Positions 20,859-30,659 of a stretch of 64,000 nucleotides of DNA are shown here, one piece after another. Every line of letters begins with the position of its first letter. Within the stretch, counting starts at the first letter, position 1. Position numbers and translations under genes: made by a program. Source of the stretch: Acidobacteriota bacterium (GTDB taxonomy: Bacteria; Acidobacteriota; UBA6911; RPQK01; JAJDTT01); the NCBI GenBank assembly GCA_965263035.1, contig OZ253580.1, positions 480,001 to 544,000 of the forward strand. The letters are read 5' to 3'. The notes below the pieces were generated by a model that was not told the DNA's origin, ran no database searches, and saw nothing but the letters and a program-made list of their open reading frames with translations.

Positions 20859-20934
20859 TGGTGGAGCTGATGGGATTCGAACCCACGACCCCCTGAATGC
20901 CATTCAGGTACTCTTCCAACTGAGCTACAGCCCC
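20859..20934 (-). tRNA. tRNA-Ala (GGC)
   Basis: Reverse complement GGGGCTGTAGCTCAGTTGGAAGAGTACCTGAATGGCATTCAGGGGGTCGTGGGTTCGAATCCCATCAGCTCCACCA: 76 nt, anticodon GGC, TTCGA loop, encoded CCA. Confidence 0.97.
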
Positions 20935-20997
20935 ACGCTGAAGAGTTTGGAACGGGAACTCTAGCACGTTTGCCGCCTGGGCATAAAGCGGCGGCGG

Positions 20998-21072
20998 AGA
21001 GCGGCGGCTTCCAGCCGCCGAACTCCAGATTAACAGTTCGCCGAGGAGGGAGAGGGCGACCAATAGTTGCCA
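20998..21072. repeat. REP-like hairpins of the GGCG(A/G)C-loop-G(T/C)CGCC family
   Basis: GAGCGGCGGCTTCCAGCCGCCGAAC and GGCGACCAATAGTTGCC match the repeats at 28.8, 43.0 and 51.4 kb. Confidence 0.6.
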
Positions 21073-21085
21073 CACACCCTTGCAA

Positions 21086-21679
21086 TCAGGGATACAAGCG
21101 TTTCACCGACCAACCCTGGCCGGTCTTTTCGTAGAGCACCCGATCGTTGAGGCGGAAGGAGCGCCCGGTCCAGAATTCGATGCGATGAGGGATCACCCGG
21201 AAACCGGACCAGTACTCGGGACGGGGAACGATGGATCCCTGGTATTTGGCTTCGTATACGGCGACCTCGGAGATCAGTTGGTCACGGCTGGCAAGGGGCC
21301 GGGACTGCCGCGAGGCCCAGGCTCCCAACTGGCTGAAGCGGGAACGGGTCGCCCAATAGAGATCGGCCTCCACCGGGCTCACTTCCCGCACCGGACCCTC
21401 CACGACGGCCTGTTCCCAGTAGGGATCCCAGTAGAAACAGAGGGCGGCCCAGGAATTGGCGGCCAGTTGCTCCCCCTTACGGCTCTCCCGGTTGGTGTAG
21501 AAGACAAAACCCTCCCGGTCGAAGTCCTTGAGCAGGACGGTGCGGACCGAGGGTCGACCCCGTGCATCCGCCGTGGCCAGCGTCATTGCCGTGGGTTGGC
21601 GAATGAGCCCTTCGTCCCGCCCCCGGTGGAGCCGACGGCCAAATTCCTCCAAGGCTTCCTGGTACAAATCCTCGCTCAC
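21086..21679 (-). CDS. pdxH: Pyridoxamine 5'-phosphate oxidase
   Basis: AMTLATA...PSVRTVLLK...FYTNRESRKG...SQLGAWASRQS...IEFWTG...RLYP; GTG start with GGAG upstream. Confidence 0.95.
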   Translation of the reverse strand: MSEDLYQEALEEFGRRLHRGRDEGLIRQPTAMTLATADARGRPSVRTVLLKDFDREGFVFYTNRESRKGEQLAANSWAALCFYWDPYWEQAVVEGPVREVSPVEADLYWATRSRFSQLGAWASRQSRPLASRDQLISEVAVYEAKYQGSIVPRPEYWSGFRVIPHRIEFWTGRSFRLNDRVLYEKTGQGWSVKRLYP

Positions 21680-22132
21680 GTTCCGCTCCCGGCGGTCTGC
21701 ACGATAATGTCCGGACTCGGGGGATTCAAGGGGCTGCGTGAACGGAGGGTTCAGGAACGAAGCAGCGGGAAGGCACCGGGGAAAATCCAAGTTACTAGTT
21801 GCATCCCAGGCTCAATTTCGTAATGGAACCCCCGGGACTTCCCGTGACTGCTCGTTCGACCGTTATCTAGCAAGTCCCGTGCCGAAAATTCTCCGGAAGC
21901 CCGTAAACCTTTTGATATCAACCCAAAAAACCGGTCGGGAACAGGGTCTCCGGCTCCTGCCCCGGTTCGAAAATCCAATAATCTGGTTCAAAGAGCGGTC
22001 GTGTTTCTCTTAAACCAATAAAAATTAAGGACTTACACCATACAATAATCTGAATCTCCGAGAGGGGACTTCATGTCGCCTCATGTATGGGCGCACGATT
22101 CCCGTAGAGTGTAGGATGAGATCCGGCAGGAA

Positions 22133-23656
22133 GTGGCGATGTATCTCGGCGTGGATTGCGGTACCCAGAGCCTCAAGGTCATCTCCTGGGAACCGGATTC
22201 AGCATCGCTGGTCTCCAGTTCCCGGAGTTACGACTTGATTTCGGGTCTCTCTCCCGGGCACAAGGAGCAGCATCCCCAAGACTGGATCGACGCCCTGGAC
22301 GCCTGCATGAAACGGCTCGCCGGCCTGGGTGCGGACCTGTCCCGGGTACGAGCCATCGGTGTCTCCGGTCAGCAGCACGGCCTGGTCCTTCTCGACCGTT
22401 CGGACCGGGTCCTGAGACCGGCCAAGCTCTGGAACGACACCAGCACCGGCGCTCAATGCCGCCGGATTCTGGAAGCGGCCGGCGGACTCGACGCCTACCG
22501 CCAGGAGATCGGAAACAGCCTCCCCCCTGGCTTCACCGCCTCCAAGGTCCTCTGGGTCAAGGAGAACGAGCCCGATACCTACCGCCGGGCCGTCACCATG
22601 CTCCTGCCCCACGATTACCTGAACCTGTATCTGACCGGAGAGAAGACGGCCGAAGCGGGCGACGCCTCCGGGACGGGGTATTTCCACGTGGCGCGGAGGA
22701 CCTGGTCGGACCGCGCCCTGCGATGGCTCGATCCCCGGCGCGACCTCCGCGCCTGCCTGCCCCGGCTCATCGGCGCCCGCGAAGCGGCGGGACAGCTGCG
22801 GCCGAGCCTGGCTCGCAAGTGGGGACTTCCCGACGGCGTCTGGGTGAGCTCGGGCGGCGGAGACAACATGATGGGCGCCATCGGCTCCGGAAACGTCTCC
22901 GGCGGCAAGGTCACCGTCAGCCTCGGGACGTCGGGGACCCTGTACGGCTACAGCCCCACTCCGGTGCTGGACCCCCAGGGCGAGATCGCCGCCTTCTGCG
23001 ACAGCACGGGGGGCTGGCTGCCGTTGGCCTGCACCATGAACGTGACGGTGGCCACCGAGATGGTCCGTGCCGGGTTCTCATCCAACGCCCTGGAAGAGTT
23101 CAACCTCCAGATCGAGGCGGTCCCTCCCGGCGCCGAAGGGTTGATTCTGCTTCCCTACCTGGAGGGTGAGCGAATGCCCAACGTCCCGGAGGGGACGGGT
23201 GTGCTGCTCGGTCTTCGGCCCCGGACCGCCCGGCCCGGCCACTTGGCCCGGGCCAGCATGGAGGGCGTCACGCTGGGACTCCGCTACGGTCTGGACCGCC
23301 TCCGGGAGCTGGGCGCCCGGCCCGACGAGATCCGGCTCATCGGAGGGGGTTCCAGGAGCCGGCCCTGGCGGCAGATCGCGGCCGACGTCTTCGGATGTCC
23401 GGTGGTCTCCCTGAGCCAGGAAGAAGGACCGGCCTTCGGAGCCGCGCTCCAGGCGGCCTGGTGCCGCGAAGAGGAAAGTCTAGAAACCTGGGTGGAACGA
23501 TTCGTCCGGCTGGATGAATCCACCCGCCAGATGCCGTCTCATTCCGGACAGGAACTCTACGAGCAGGTCTATTCCGTGTACCGGAAGCTGAGCGATACGC
23601 TCATCGACAGCCCCGTCTTTACCGGGCACCGACAACTGATCAACAGAAAGGACTGA
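22133..23656 (+). CDS. xylB: Xylulokinase (FGGY family)
   Basis: LGVDCGTQS, GVSGQQHG, LWNDT, GGGDNMMGAIG and SLGTSGT; adjacent to xylose isomerase. Confidence 0.93.
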   Translation: MAMYLGVDCGTQSLKVISWEPDSASLVSSSRSYDLISGLSPGHKEQHPQDWIDALDACMKRLAGLGADLSRVRAIGVSGQQHGLVLLDRSDRVLRPAKLWNDTSTGAQCRRILEAAGGLDAYRQEIGNSLPPGFTASKVLWVKENEPDTYRRAVTMLLPHDYLNLYLTGEKTAEAGDASGTGYFHVARRTWSDRALRWLDPRRDLRACLPRLIGAREAAGQLRPSLARKWGLPDGVWVSSGGGDNMMGAIGSGNVSGGKVTVSLGTSGTLYGYSPTPVLDPQGEIAAFCDSTGGWLPLACTMNVTVATEMVRAGFSSNALEEFNLQIEAVPPGAEGLILLPYLEGERMPNVPEGTGVLLGLRPRTARPGHLARASMEGVTLGLRYGLDRLRELGARPDEIRLIGGGSRSRPWRQIAADVFGCPVVSLSQEEGPAFGAALQAAWCREEESLETWVERFVRLDESTRQMPSHSGQELYEQVYSVYRKLSDTLIDSPVFTGHRQLINRKD

Positions 23657-23659
23657 TCC

Positions 23660-24832
23660 ATGAACGGCGACTATCGACCCACCCCGGAGGACAAGTTCAG
23701 CTTCGGTCTCTGGACGGTGGGCAATCCGGGCCGCGACCCCTTCGGTGGTCCCACCCGGTCGTCCATCCCTCCGCACCGGCTGGTTCGTCTGCTGGGAGAA
23801 GAGGGAGCCTACGGCGTCAACTTCCACGACAACGACCTGATCCCGATCGATGCCACGCCGCGGGAAAGAGCCCGGATCCTGAAGGACTTCAGGCAGGCCC
23901 TCGCCGACTACAACGTCTGCGTCCCCATGGCCACCACCAACCTCTTCAGCGAGCCGGTCTTCAAGGACGGAGCCTTCACTTCCCATGACGCGGACGTGCG
24001 GGCCTATGCCCTCCAGAAGACCATGCGGGCCATCGACCTGGGGGTGGGACTGGGAGCCCGGGTCTACGTCTTCTGGGGAGGCCGGGAGGGGGCCGAGGTG
24101 GACGCGGCCAAGGACGCGTCGGAGGCCATCAAGCGTTTCCGCGAGTGCCTCAACTTCCTCATCGGCTACGTCAAGGAAAACGGCTACGACCTCAAGTTCG
24201 CCCTGGAGGCCAAGCCCAACGAGCCGAGGGGAGATATCTACTTCGCCACCACCGGCTCAATGCTGGCGTTCACCTACACCGTGGACGATCCGGACATGGT
24301 GGGCGTGAATCCGGAACTGGCCCACGAGCACATGGCCGGACTGAACTTCTACCACGCCGTGGCCCAGGCCTGGGAAGCCGGCAAGCTGTTTCACATCGAC
24401 CTCAACGACCAGAAGCCGAATCGTTTCGACCAGGATCTCCGGTTCGGGTCGGAGGGCCTGAAGGCGGCCTTCTTCCTGGTCAAGTTCCTGGAAGAGGTGG
24501 GGTATTCCGGGCCGCGGCATTTCGACGCCCACGCCTACCGGACGGAGGACGAAGCAGGAGTCCGGGACTTCGCCGCCGGATGCATGCGCACCTACCTGAT
24601 CCTCAAGGAGAAGGCCCGGCGCTTCGCCGAGGATCCGGAGATCCAGGAGATCCTGGGGGATCTCCGAGAGAATGATTCGCTGGTCCCGGCCGCCGCCATG
24701 CAGAGCTACACGCCCGAGACCGCCCGGACCATCTTGGGCGCCCCGCTGGACCGCCACCAGCTGGCGCGGCGAAAACTCCGCCACGAACGCCTGGACCAAC
24801 TCACCGTGGACCTGCTGCTGGGAGTCCGTTGA
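23660..24832 (+). CDS. xylA: Xylose isomerase (short actinobacterial/Thermus type)
   Basis: [40 protein letters not shown] and FDQDLRFG. Confidence 0.96.
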   Translation: MNGDYRPTPEDKFSFGLWTVGNPGRDPFGGPTRSSIPPHRLVRLLGEEGAYGVNFHDNDLIPIDATPRERARILKDFRQALADYNVCVPMATTNLFSEPVFKDGAFTSHDADVRAYALQKTMRAIDLGVGLGARVYVFWGGREGAEVDAAKDASEAIKRFRECLNFLIGYVKENGYDLKFALEAKPNEPRGDIYFATTGSMLAFTYTVDDPDMVGVNPELAHEHMAGLNFYHAVAQAWEAGKLFHIDLNDQKPNRFDQDLRFGSEGLKAAFFLVKFLEEVGYSGPRHFDAHAYRTEDEAGVRDFAAGCMRTYLILKEKARRFAEDPEIQEILGDLRENDSLVPAAAMQSYTPETARTILGAPLDRHQLARRKLRHERLDQLTVDLLLGVR

Positions 24833-24893
24833 GCCGAAGTCCCGAAGTCTTCCGGCACCGCCGGCGGTCAATGCGGTTGGAACCGAAACCGGA

Positions 24894-26441
24894 TCACTTG
24901 AAGCGGATCGAGTAGAGGTCCGCGTCCTTCATCACGAAGCGGAGGCGCACCGGGTGGCCGGCGAACCGGCGCAGGGGACGATCCGACGTGCCCTTGGCGT
25001 GGGCCCGCACCCACCTCACCTTCCCCTCGATCTCGTCGCCCCAGATCAGTGGAGACTCCTCCAGGGCGAACCCGGCCAGCGGATTTCCCGCCAGGTCCTG
25101 GATCTCCAGGCGAATGCTTCCGGCGGCCGAGGTGGCGTAGTTGAGATACAGATTTTCCCCTTGGAACAGGATGGGCTTCGTCACCAGCTCGCCTCCCGGA
25201 TAGCCGGCGTGGACCGACACGAACCCGTCGGTTCTCAGGACCATCCGTTCCACATGGCAACTGGGCAGGTTGTAGTTGCGAACCACGTAGAGGGAGATCT
25301 CATCGGGAGCCGTGGGGTGCACTCCGACCCCGACCAGATTGTTCCGGTGCGTCCAGTTGCGCTGGTCCCGGCCGGGACGGACGAAGGCTTCCATGAAGCG
25401 CCGGTCCCAGTGCAGACCGTCGCGGCTGGTCAGGAAGACGGCCTCGGAGGCGCCGGGATAGGGAGTCGAGGCAAACCGCTTCCGCCAGGGCTGAAAGCGC
25501 TTGGGGAAGGCCATGTAGATGTGGGGCGCCCGGAAATAGGGCGTCGTCCCGTTGGTGTAGAGGTGCTCGGTGGCGGCTCCTCCAAAATCGACCCAATGGG
25601 GCATGTCCCAGTTGACGAAGTCCTTCGACGTGGAGAACTTGAAGCTGCGGTTGCCGTAGTTGTACGGAGGCCCGGCCGTGTGGTCGAAGGGGAGCGAGTG
25701 CGGGCTGATTCCCCGGTCCGAGTCGCGGAAGAAGATGCTGTAGCGTCCCCGGTACGAGTCCCAGAAGGCCACGTTGAGGGCGTCGAAGGCGTTCCGGTGG
25801 AGCCCCTTCCGAATCAGCGACTTCTGGCCCTGCAACTCGGTCCAGCGAAGCCCGTCGGAAGAGACCAGCGCGATCAACGGATAACTGCTTCCCCCCAACG
25901 CCTTGTAGCGCTGGGAGTCGGGAGCCGCCGGATTGCCGTCCTTGAAGACACTCATGCAGTCGGTGACCGTCTGGTCTCCCGGCTTGTCCAGCCAGACGAT
26001 GGAGTTTTCCCTGGAACCCTGGAACTCGTACAGCCCCAGCGAGGGACGCTCCCAGACGATGCCGTCGCGGCTCTCGGCGTAGCCAATGGTATTGGGATGG
26101 TCTTCGACCTGTTTTTCGCCGGGCTTCAGCAATCCCGGGTCCATGTATTCGGAGTTGTTGCTCCCCCGGAAGTACATGCGCAGCCGGTCGTCATCCTTGA
26201 CGACGCTGACGTAGAAACTGGTATTCCCTTCCCAGGGCCGGTCGAAGATGAGGACCTTGCCTGCCGAGCGTGGGCGGTGGAGCTTCAATTCGACTCCCGA
26301 CGTCCGCTCGATGAGGAAGTCGTCCACGAAAAGTTCGAGCCGTGACCCGATGTCGATGGGCTTGGATTGCTCCGTTCCGCCCCCGACGGCATTTCCCGAC
26401 CACAGACCCAGCCAGACCAGCAAACAGACCTTCTTGAACAT
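24894..26441 (-). CDS. Secreted glycoside hydrolase-like protein (five-bladed beta-propeller plus C-terminal beta-sandwich)
   Basis: Signal peptide MFKKVCLLVWLGLW; repeated S-x-D-G-x-x-W motifs; LRTDGFVS; paralogous to 44535..46058. Only the 3' half of the listed 1000-aa ORF. Confidence 0.75.
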   Translation of the reverse strand: MFKKVCLLVWLGLWSGNAVGGGTEQSKPIDIGSRLELFVDDFLIERTSGVELKLHRPRSAGKVLIFDRPWEGNTSFYVSVVKDDDRLRMYFRGSNNSEYMDPGLLKPGEKQVEDHPNTIGYAESRDGIVWERPSLGLYEFQGSRENSIVWLDKPGDQTVTDCMSVFKDGNPAAPDSQRYKALGGSSYPLIALVSSDGLRWTELQGQKSLIRKGLHRNAFDALNVAFWDSYRGRYSIFFRDSDRGISPHSLPFDHTAGPPYNYGNRSFKFSTSKDFVNWDMPHWVDFGGAATEHLYTNGTTPYFRAPHIYMAFPKRFQPWRKRFASTPYPGASEAVFLTSRDGLHWDRRFMEAFVRPGRDQRNWTHRNNLVGVGVHPTAPDEISLYVVRNYNLPSCHVERMVLRTDGFVSVHAGYPGGELVTKPILFQGENLYLNYATSAAGSIRLEIQDLAGNPLAGFALEESPLIWGDEIEGKVRWVRAHAKGTSDRPLRRFAGHPVRLRFVMKDADLYSIRFK

Positions 26442-26546
26442 GATTGAGACTGTATCAATCCCAGGAAGAAGTCGCCAAGCCGGGGACGGCGTCAGATTCG
26501 TAGACGGGTGATCCAACTGGTAGGATTGCGGGCGAGGAGGACGACC

Positions 26547-27902
26547 ATGAGCCAGCCGGTTTCCGGCCCCCTGTTGCTTCAGGACCCCGCCTACGACTAT
26601 CCGGTGGTGGAAAGAGGCGAGGGAATCTACGTCTACGACGGCGCCGGCAAGCGTTTCATCGACGGCACCGCCGGAGCCGGCAACGTCATTCTGGGCCACG
26701 GACGCCGGCGGATCGCCCGGATCATGGCCCGCCAGGCCGAGACGCTGGCCTTCGTCTTCACTTCTCATTTCACCAATCCGGTGGCCGCCGAGCTGGCCGG
26801 ACGGCTGGCGGAAAAGGCGCCGGGCCAGCTGAATCATGTCTATTTCGTCTCCGGCGGCTCGGAAGGAGTCGAGACCGCGTTGAAACTGGCACGGCTCTAC
26901 CACCTGCGGCGGGGCCAGGGCCAGAAACATCAGGTCATCGCCCGTTGGAGCAGCTATCACGGAGCCACGCTGGGCGCGCTCTCGACCACCGGATCCGGAG
27001 TCCGGCACGCCTTCAGTCCCTGGCTGGCCGGGTTCGAGCACATCGACCCCTGCCTGCCACGGGCGTGTCTCTTCGACGGATGCGGGGAATCCTGCACGCT
27101 GGCCTGCGCGCGCGAGCTGGAACGGGCCATCATCCGGGCCGGACCGGAGAACGTGGCGGCCTTCGTGGCCGAACCCGTCTCCATGGCCGGCGGTGCCCCA
27201 GCCATTCCGCCGGCCGACTACTTCCCTCGGATACGGGAGATCTGCGACCGCTACGGCGTGCTCTGGATCGCCGACGAAGTGGTGACCGGATTCGGCCGGA
27301 CGGGGCGTTTCTTCGCCATCCAGCACTGGGATGCGGTTCCCGATATCGTGGCCTTCGGCAAAGGCGTCAGCAGCGGCTACCTCCCCATGGGGGGCGCACT
27401 GTTCACCGATGAGATCCGGCACGTGTTGGAAGCCAAGAAAGATGCCCTTCCCCACGTCTTCACCTACGTGAACAACCCTCTCGCCGCCCGGGTCGGGCTC
27501 ACCGTCCTGGACCTGATGGAAGAAGAGAGCATCGTGGAGAGATCGGCCGCCATGGGGGACTACCTGCTGGAGCGAGTCCGGACCCTGCGCAGCCATTCCA
27601 TGGTGGGCGACGTCCGGGGCCTGGGAATGCTGGTGGGGTTCGAACTGGTGAGCTCCCGCAAGCCCTACACCTACTTCCCCCCTAATCTGAAGGTCCATGA
27701 GCGATTGCACCGGCATCTGATCCGCCGGGGACTCTCCATCTCCGCGACGGGAGGTCCCGGCGACGGGAGCCCGGGGGACAGCGTCCGCATCTTCCCCCCC
27801 CTGGCCATCACCCGGGCGGAGATCGACGAAATCGTAGAGATGTTGGACGAGGCGCTCACGGCAGTGCGGCGCCAGATCGAGAGGGTAATGAGGCATGCGT
27901 GA
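26547..27902 (+). CDS. Class III PLP-dependent aminotransferase
   Basis: SGGSEGVETALK, SYHGAT, IADEVVTGFGRTG and FGKGVSSGYLP. Confidence 0.93.
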   Translation: MSQPVSGPLLLQDPAYDYPVVERGEGIYVYDGAGKRFIDGTAGAGNVILGHGRRRIARIMARQAETLAFVFTSHFTNPVAAELAGRLAEKAPGQLNHVYFVSGGSEGVETALKLARLYHLRRGQGQKHQVIARWSSYHGATLGALSTTGSGVRHAFSPWLAGFEHIDPCLPRACLFDGCGESCTLACARELERAIIRAGPENVAAFVAEPVSMAGGAPAIPPADYFPRIREICDRYGVLWIADEVVTGFGRTGRFFAIQHWDAVPDIVAFGKGVSSGYLPMGGALFTDEIRHVLEAKKDALPHVFTYVNNPLAARVGLTVLDLMEEESIVERSAAMGDYLLERVRTLRSHSMVGDVRGLGMLVGFELVSSRKPYTYFPPNLKVHERLHRHLIRRGLSISATGGPGDGSPGDSVRIFPPLAITRAEIDEIVEMLDEALTAVRRQIERVMRHA

Positions 27903-28167
27903 GAGAGACTTCTACCGGGAACGGCGTGAGACCAAGACGGCTCGGCTCTCCTGTCCCCACTGCCGGGAACCGGGCGACTTCCAGGTCCGATGGCTGGTGC
28001 GGGAGAAAAAGGGCCGTCTGCCCCATCGCACCAACACCGAGGACCGGCGCCGATTCACCAACCTCCGCTCCTACATGGTCCGGGAAGACGAGTACCTCTT
28101 CTGTCCCAACCCCAGGTGCCGCAGACGCTTCGAAATCCCGAGCCAGCAGTCGGTCGTGCTCCTGTAG
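27895..28167 (+). CDS. Small basic Zn-ribbon-like conserved hypothetical protein
   Basis: CPHC...CPNPRC; overlaps the aminotransferase stop; its own stop abuts the intron 3' end. Confidence 0.7.
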   Translation: MRERDFYRERRETKTARLSCPHCREPGDFQVRWLVREKKGRLPHRTNTEDRRRFTNLRSYMVREDEYLFCPNPRCRRRFEIPSQQSVVLL

Positions 28168-28797
28168 ATCGGGTCGGGCGCAGGGGATTGCGCCCCCGCA
28201 CCCTCCCACACCACCGGACGTACCGTTTTCAGTATCCGGCGGTTGGAGTCACCCGAGGCTCTTTCGAGCCTCGTACAGGGCCTTTCTTTCCGGTTTCCGC
28301 CGCCGCTGAGACTTGATCTCCGCCCTTCCGGCTTGCCGGGCTCCACCCGTGGGCCTTCCATGCCGGGTCCGAGGGGCCTCCCCCCGCCCCGTTTTCGGAG
28401 GTAGTTGCGATCCCGCTGACGAGTCCACCATAGGGCCAGTCCGACTCCTTCGGTCCTTCGCTCCACCGGCATTACCCGGCTTCTTCGCTACTACGACCTC
28501 TGCTGACTTCTCAAGGGCTCTCACCCTTGAGATCTCCCCGAGTAAGGTGCTGCATCTTTCCCCCCGGGCCGCCCGGCTCTACCTGATGCGTCTGGATGGG
28601 GTTCGGGTTTCGCTGTTGCTCGCCAGCTCACCGCCCGCACCCGGCCTCACTGCCGGTTCGTGTTCCTGCGGTCGTGGGTTTGCCTTCCGCTTCCTTCAGC
28701 TTCACCTCGCGGCTACGCCTTGCGGTTCGGCTAGGGTTGGTCCCATCACCTCCCTTGGGATCTTTCATCCCTTAGATACAGCCCATGTCGGGCGCAC
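28168..28797 (-). mobile_element. ORF-less class IIC group II intron (630 nt), likely non-autonomous
   Basis: Starts GTGCGCCCGACATGG and ends CCCGAT; domain V ACCGCCGGATACTGAAAACGGTACGTCCGGTGGT; ribozyme core nearly identical to 49488..51335; RT ORF absent. Confidence 0.92.
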
Positions 28798-28930
28798 GAG
28801 CGGCGACTTTCTTGTCGCCGAACAGGGGGGAAAGGGGGACGGAGTCCCCACTCTACACTTTCCGGCAAGAAGAGCAGGCGGCAAGAAAGCCGCCTGTCCC
28901 AGTGGGCGACAAGAAAGTCGCCCCTCCCAG
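28798..28930 (-). repeat. Composite REP-like element forming the intron 5' exon
   Basis: Three GGCG(A/G)C-N6-G(T/C)CGCC hairpins (loop AAGAAA or its complement) plus a GGGGAC-N3-GTCCCC hairpin. Confidence 0.8.
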
Positions 28931-29013
28931 CCGAAAACACTCTTGCACCGCCAACCCGGAACGAATAGCATCTCCACTGCTTTTCTTCCGGTAAGCGTAC
29001 CGAAAGGATCGAC

Positions 29014-30624
29014 ATGCAACTGCACTTCGCCGATCACATGGTCCTGGTGGCCTACCTGGGAGCCATGATGTTTCTGGGTTGGCGGCTCTCCCGGGGCCAG
29101 ACGACCGGTGAGGAGTACTTCCTGGGTGGGCGGCGGCTTCCCTGGTTCGCCGTGGGCATAAGCATCATCGCCTCCCTGCTCTCCAGCATCAGTTTCCTGG
29201 CCTATCCCGGCGTGGTCTGGCGTTTCGGCTTCGGAAACCTGGTGAGCACCTTCCTCGGTTTTCCCATCCACGTGGCCTTCATCCTGCTGCTGACCATTCC
29301 CTTCTTCGTCCGCTTCCGCTTCACCACCGCTTACGAGTACCTGGAACACCGGTACGGCCTCTCGGCGAGGCTCCTGGGAGCCTCCATGTTCCTGGTGTTC
29401 GTGTCGGTTCTGATGATGGTGATCGTCCTGGTCTCTTCCCGGGCCCTGGCCGTGGCCACAGGCATCCCTCTGATCGTCATCATCCTCACCGTCGGCGTCG
29501 TGGCCACGGTCTACACCATGATGGGCGGGATTCGGGCCGTGGTGTGGACCGACGTGATCCAGGTGGCGCTGCTTCTGGGCGGCGGATTTTTCACCATCGG
29601 CTACGTGGCCTGGGCCACCGGCTCCAACCTTTGGGATTGGATGGAGGTGGTCAACCTCCGAGACAACGAGAGCTTCACCTTCTTCTCGCCCGACCCGACC
29701 CTGCCGGCGACGGTGGTCACCTTCACCTTGACCGACGCGCTCTGGATCGTCGTCGCCCACTGCGCCAACCAGATGACCATGCAGCGTTACTTCAGCACCG
29801 TGGACGTCGCGGCCAGCAAGCGGAGCATGGTGACCGGAGCGGTCACCGGAATCATCATCATCCTGGTCCTCACCATCGTGGGCGCCAGCCTGGTCTACTA
29901 CTTCACCCAGGGACCCGAGCCCCTTCCCGGTCACATCGACCTGGCCAACGGCAAGGACCGGGACAGCATCTTCCCCTTCTTCGTAGCCTCCCGAGTCCCG
30001 CCCGGCCTGGCCGGCGCCATCTTCGCCGCGCTGCTGGCGGCCGCCATGTCCACCATCGACTCGGGGGTGAACTCCTTTGCCACGGTGGCCACCGTGGATT
30101 TCGGACGCCTGCGCAAGAAGAAAAAACCCGTGGACCAGGTCCACCAGGCCCGCATCATCACCCTGGTGGTGGGCTTGGCAGTGACGTTGGGAGCCTTCTT
30201 CCTGGACAACCTCACCGGCGCCGACGACATCCTGACCATCCTGCCCAAGACCTTCAACTCGCTGGTGGGTCCCATGGGCGGGCTCTTTCTGGCCGGGATG
30301 CTCCTGCCCCGCGCCGGCCGGAGAACCGTCTGGCCGGCGGCCATCATCGGCTTCCTGACGGCCCTCGGGGTCGCTTATTCCCAGCCCCTGCTCCAGTCTC
30401 TCAGCCCCGCGGCCCAGCAGACACTGGTGTCGCTGCTGGGAGAGAACTTCGGCCCGCGGCTGATCGAGAAGGGGATGGGTTTCACCTGGATCATGCCCTC
30501 CTCCTTCGCCGCCAGCTTCGGCACGGCCTGGATCCTGAGCCTGATCTTCCCCAACCGGAACCAGGACCGCCTGGCCGGACTGACCTGGAAGACCCGCCAC
30601 GAGAAGACCTGGCTGGCCTCGTGA
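29014..30624 (+). CDS. Sodium:solute symporter (SSS family)
   Basis: EYFLGGRRLPW, TAYEYLEHRYG, GGIRAVVWTDVIQ and AAAMSTIDSG; many transmembrane segments. Confidence 0.92.
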   Translation: MQLHFADHMVLVAYLGAMMFLGWRLSRGQTTGEEYFLGGRRLPWFAVGISIIASLLSSISFLAYPGVVWRFGFGNLVSTFLGFPIHVAFILLLTIPFFVRFRFTTAYEYLEHRYGLSARLLGASMFLVFVSVLMMVIVLVSSRALAVATGIPLIVIILTVGVVATVYTMMGGIRAVVWTDVIQVALLLGGGFFTIGYVAWATGSNLWDWMEVVNLRDNESFTFFSPDPTLPATVVTFTLTDALWIVVAHCANQMTMQRYFSTVDVAASKRSMVTGAVTGIIIILVLTIVGASLVYYFTQGPEPLPGHIDLANGKDRDSIFPFFVASRVPPGLAGAIFAALLAAAMSTIDSGVNSFATVATVDFGRLRKKKKPVDQVHQARIITLVVGLAVTLGAFFLDNLTGADDILTILPKTFNSLVGPMGGLFLAGMLLPRAGRRTVWPAAIIGFLTALGVAYSQPLLQSLSPAAQQTLVSLLGENFGPRLIEKGMGFTWIMPSSFAASFGTAWILSLIFPNRNQDRLAGLTWKTRHEKTWLAS

Positions 30625-30659
30625 GGACGGGTGCTTCTTCTCCAGTTAACTAGTGCACT

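Noticed and set aside
24894-27896. Listed 1000-aa minus-strand ORF as one protein
   Set aside because: The first half is the antisense shadow of the aminotransferase; a signal peptide starts at 26441, matching the paralog at 44535..46058.
28798-28930. Short spaced repeats here and at 51420-51500 as a CRISPR array
   Set aside because: Units are ~18-bp hairpins with short, similar linkers, no unique spacers and no cas genes; they are REP-like.
28313-29068. Near-identical ORFs at 28313..29068 and 50773..51363 as a duplicated gene
   Set aside because: The identity comes from the antisense strand of the shared intron RNA domains.
28765-30600. Long antisense and alternate-frame ORFs (611 aa here, 557 aa at 24672, 490 aa at 62375 and others)
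   Set aside because: They overlap well-supported genes, have no recognisable motifs and are expected in high-GC DNA.
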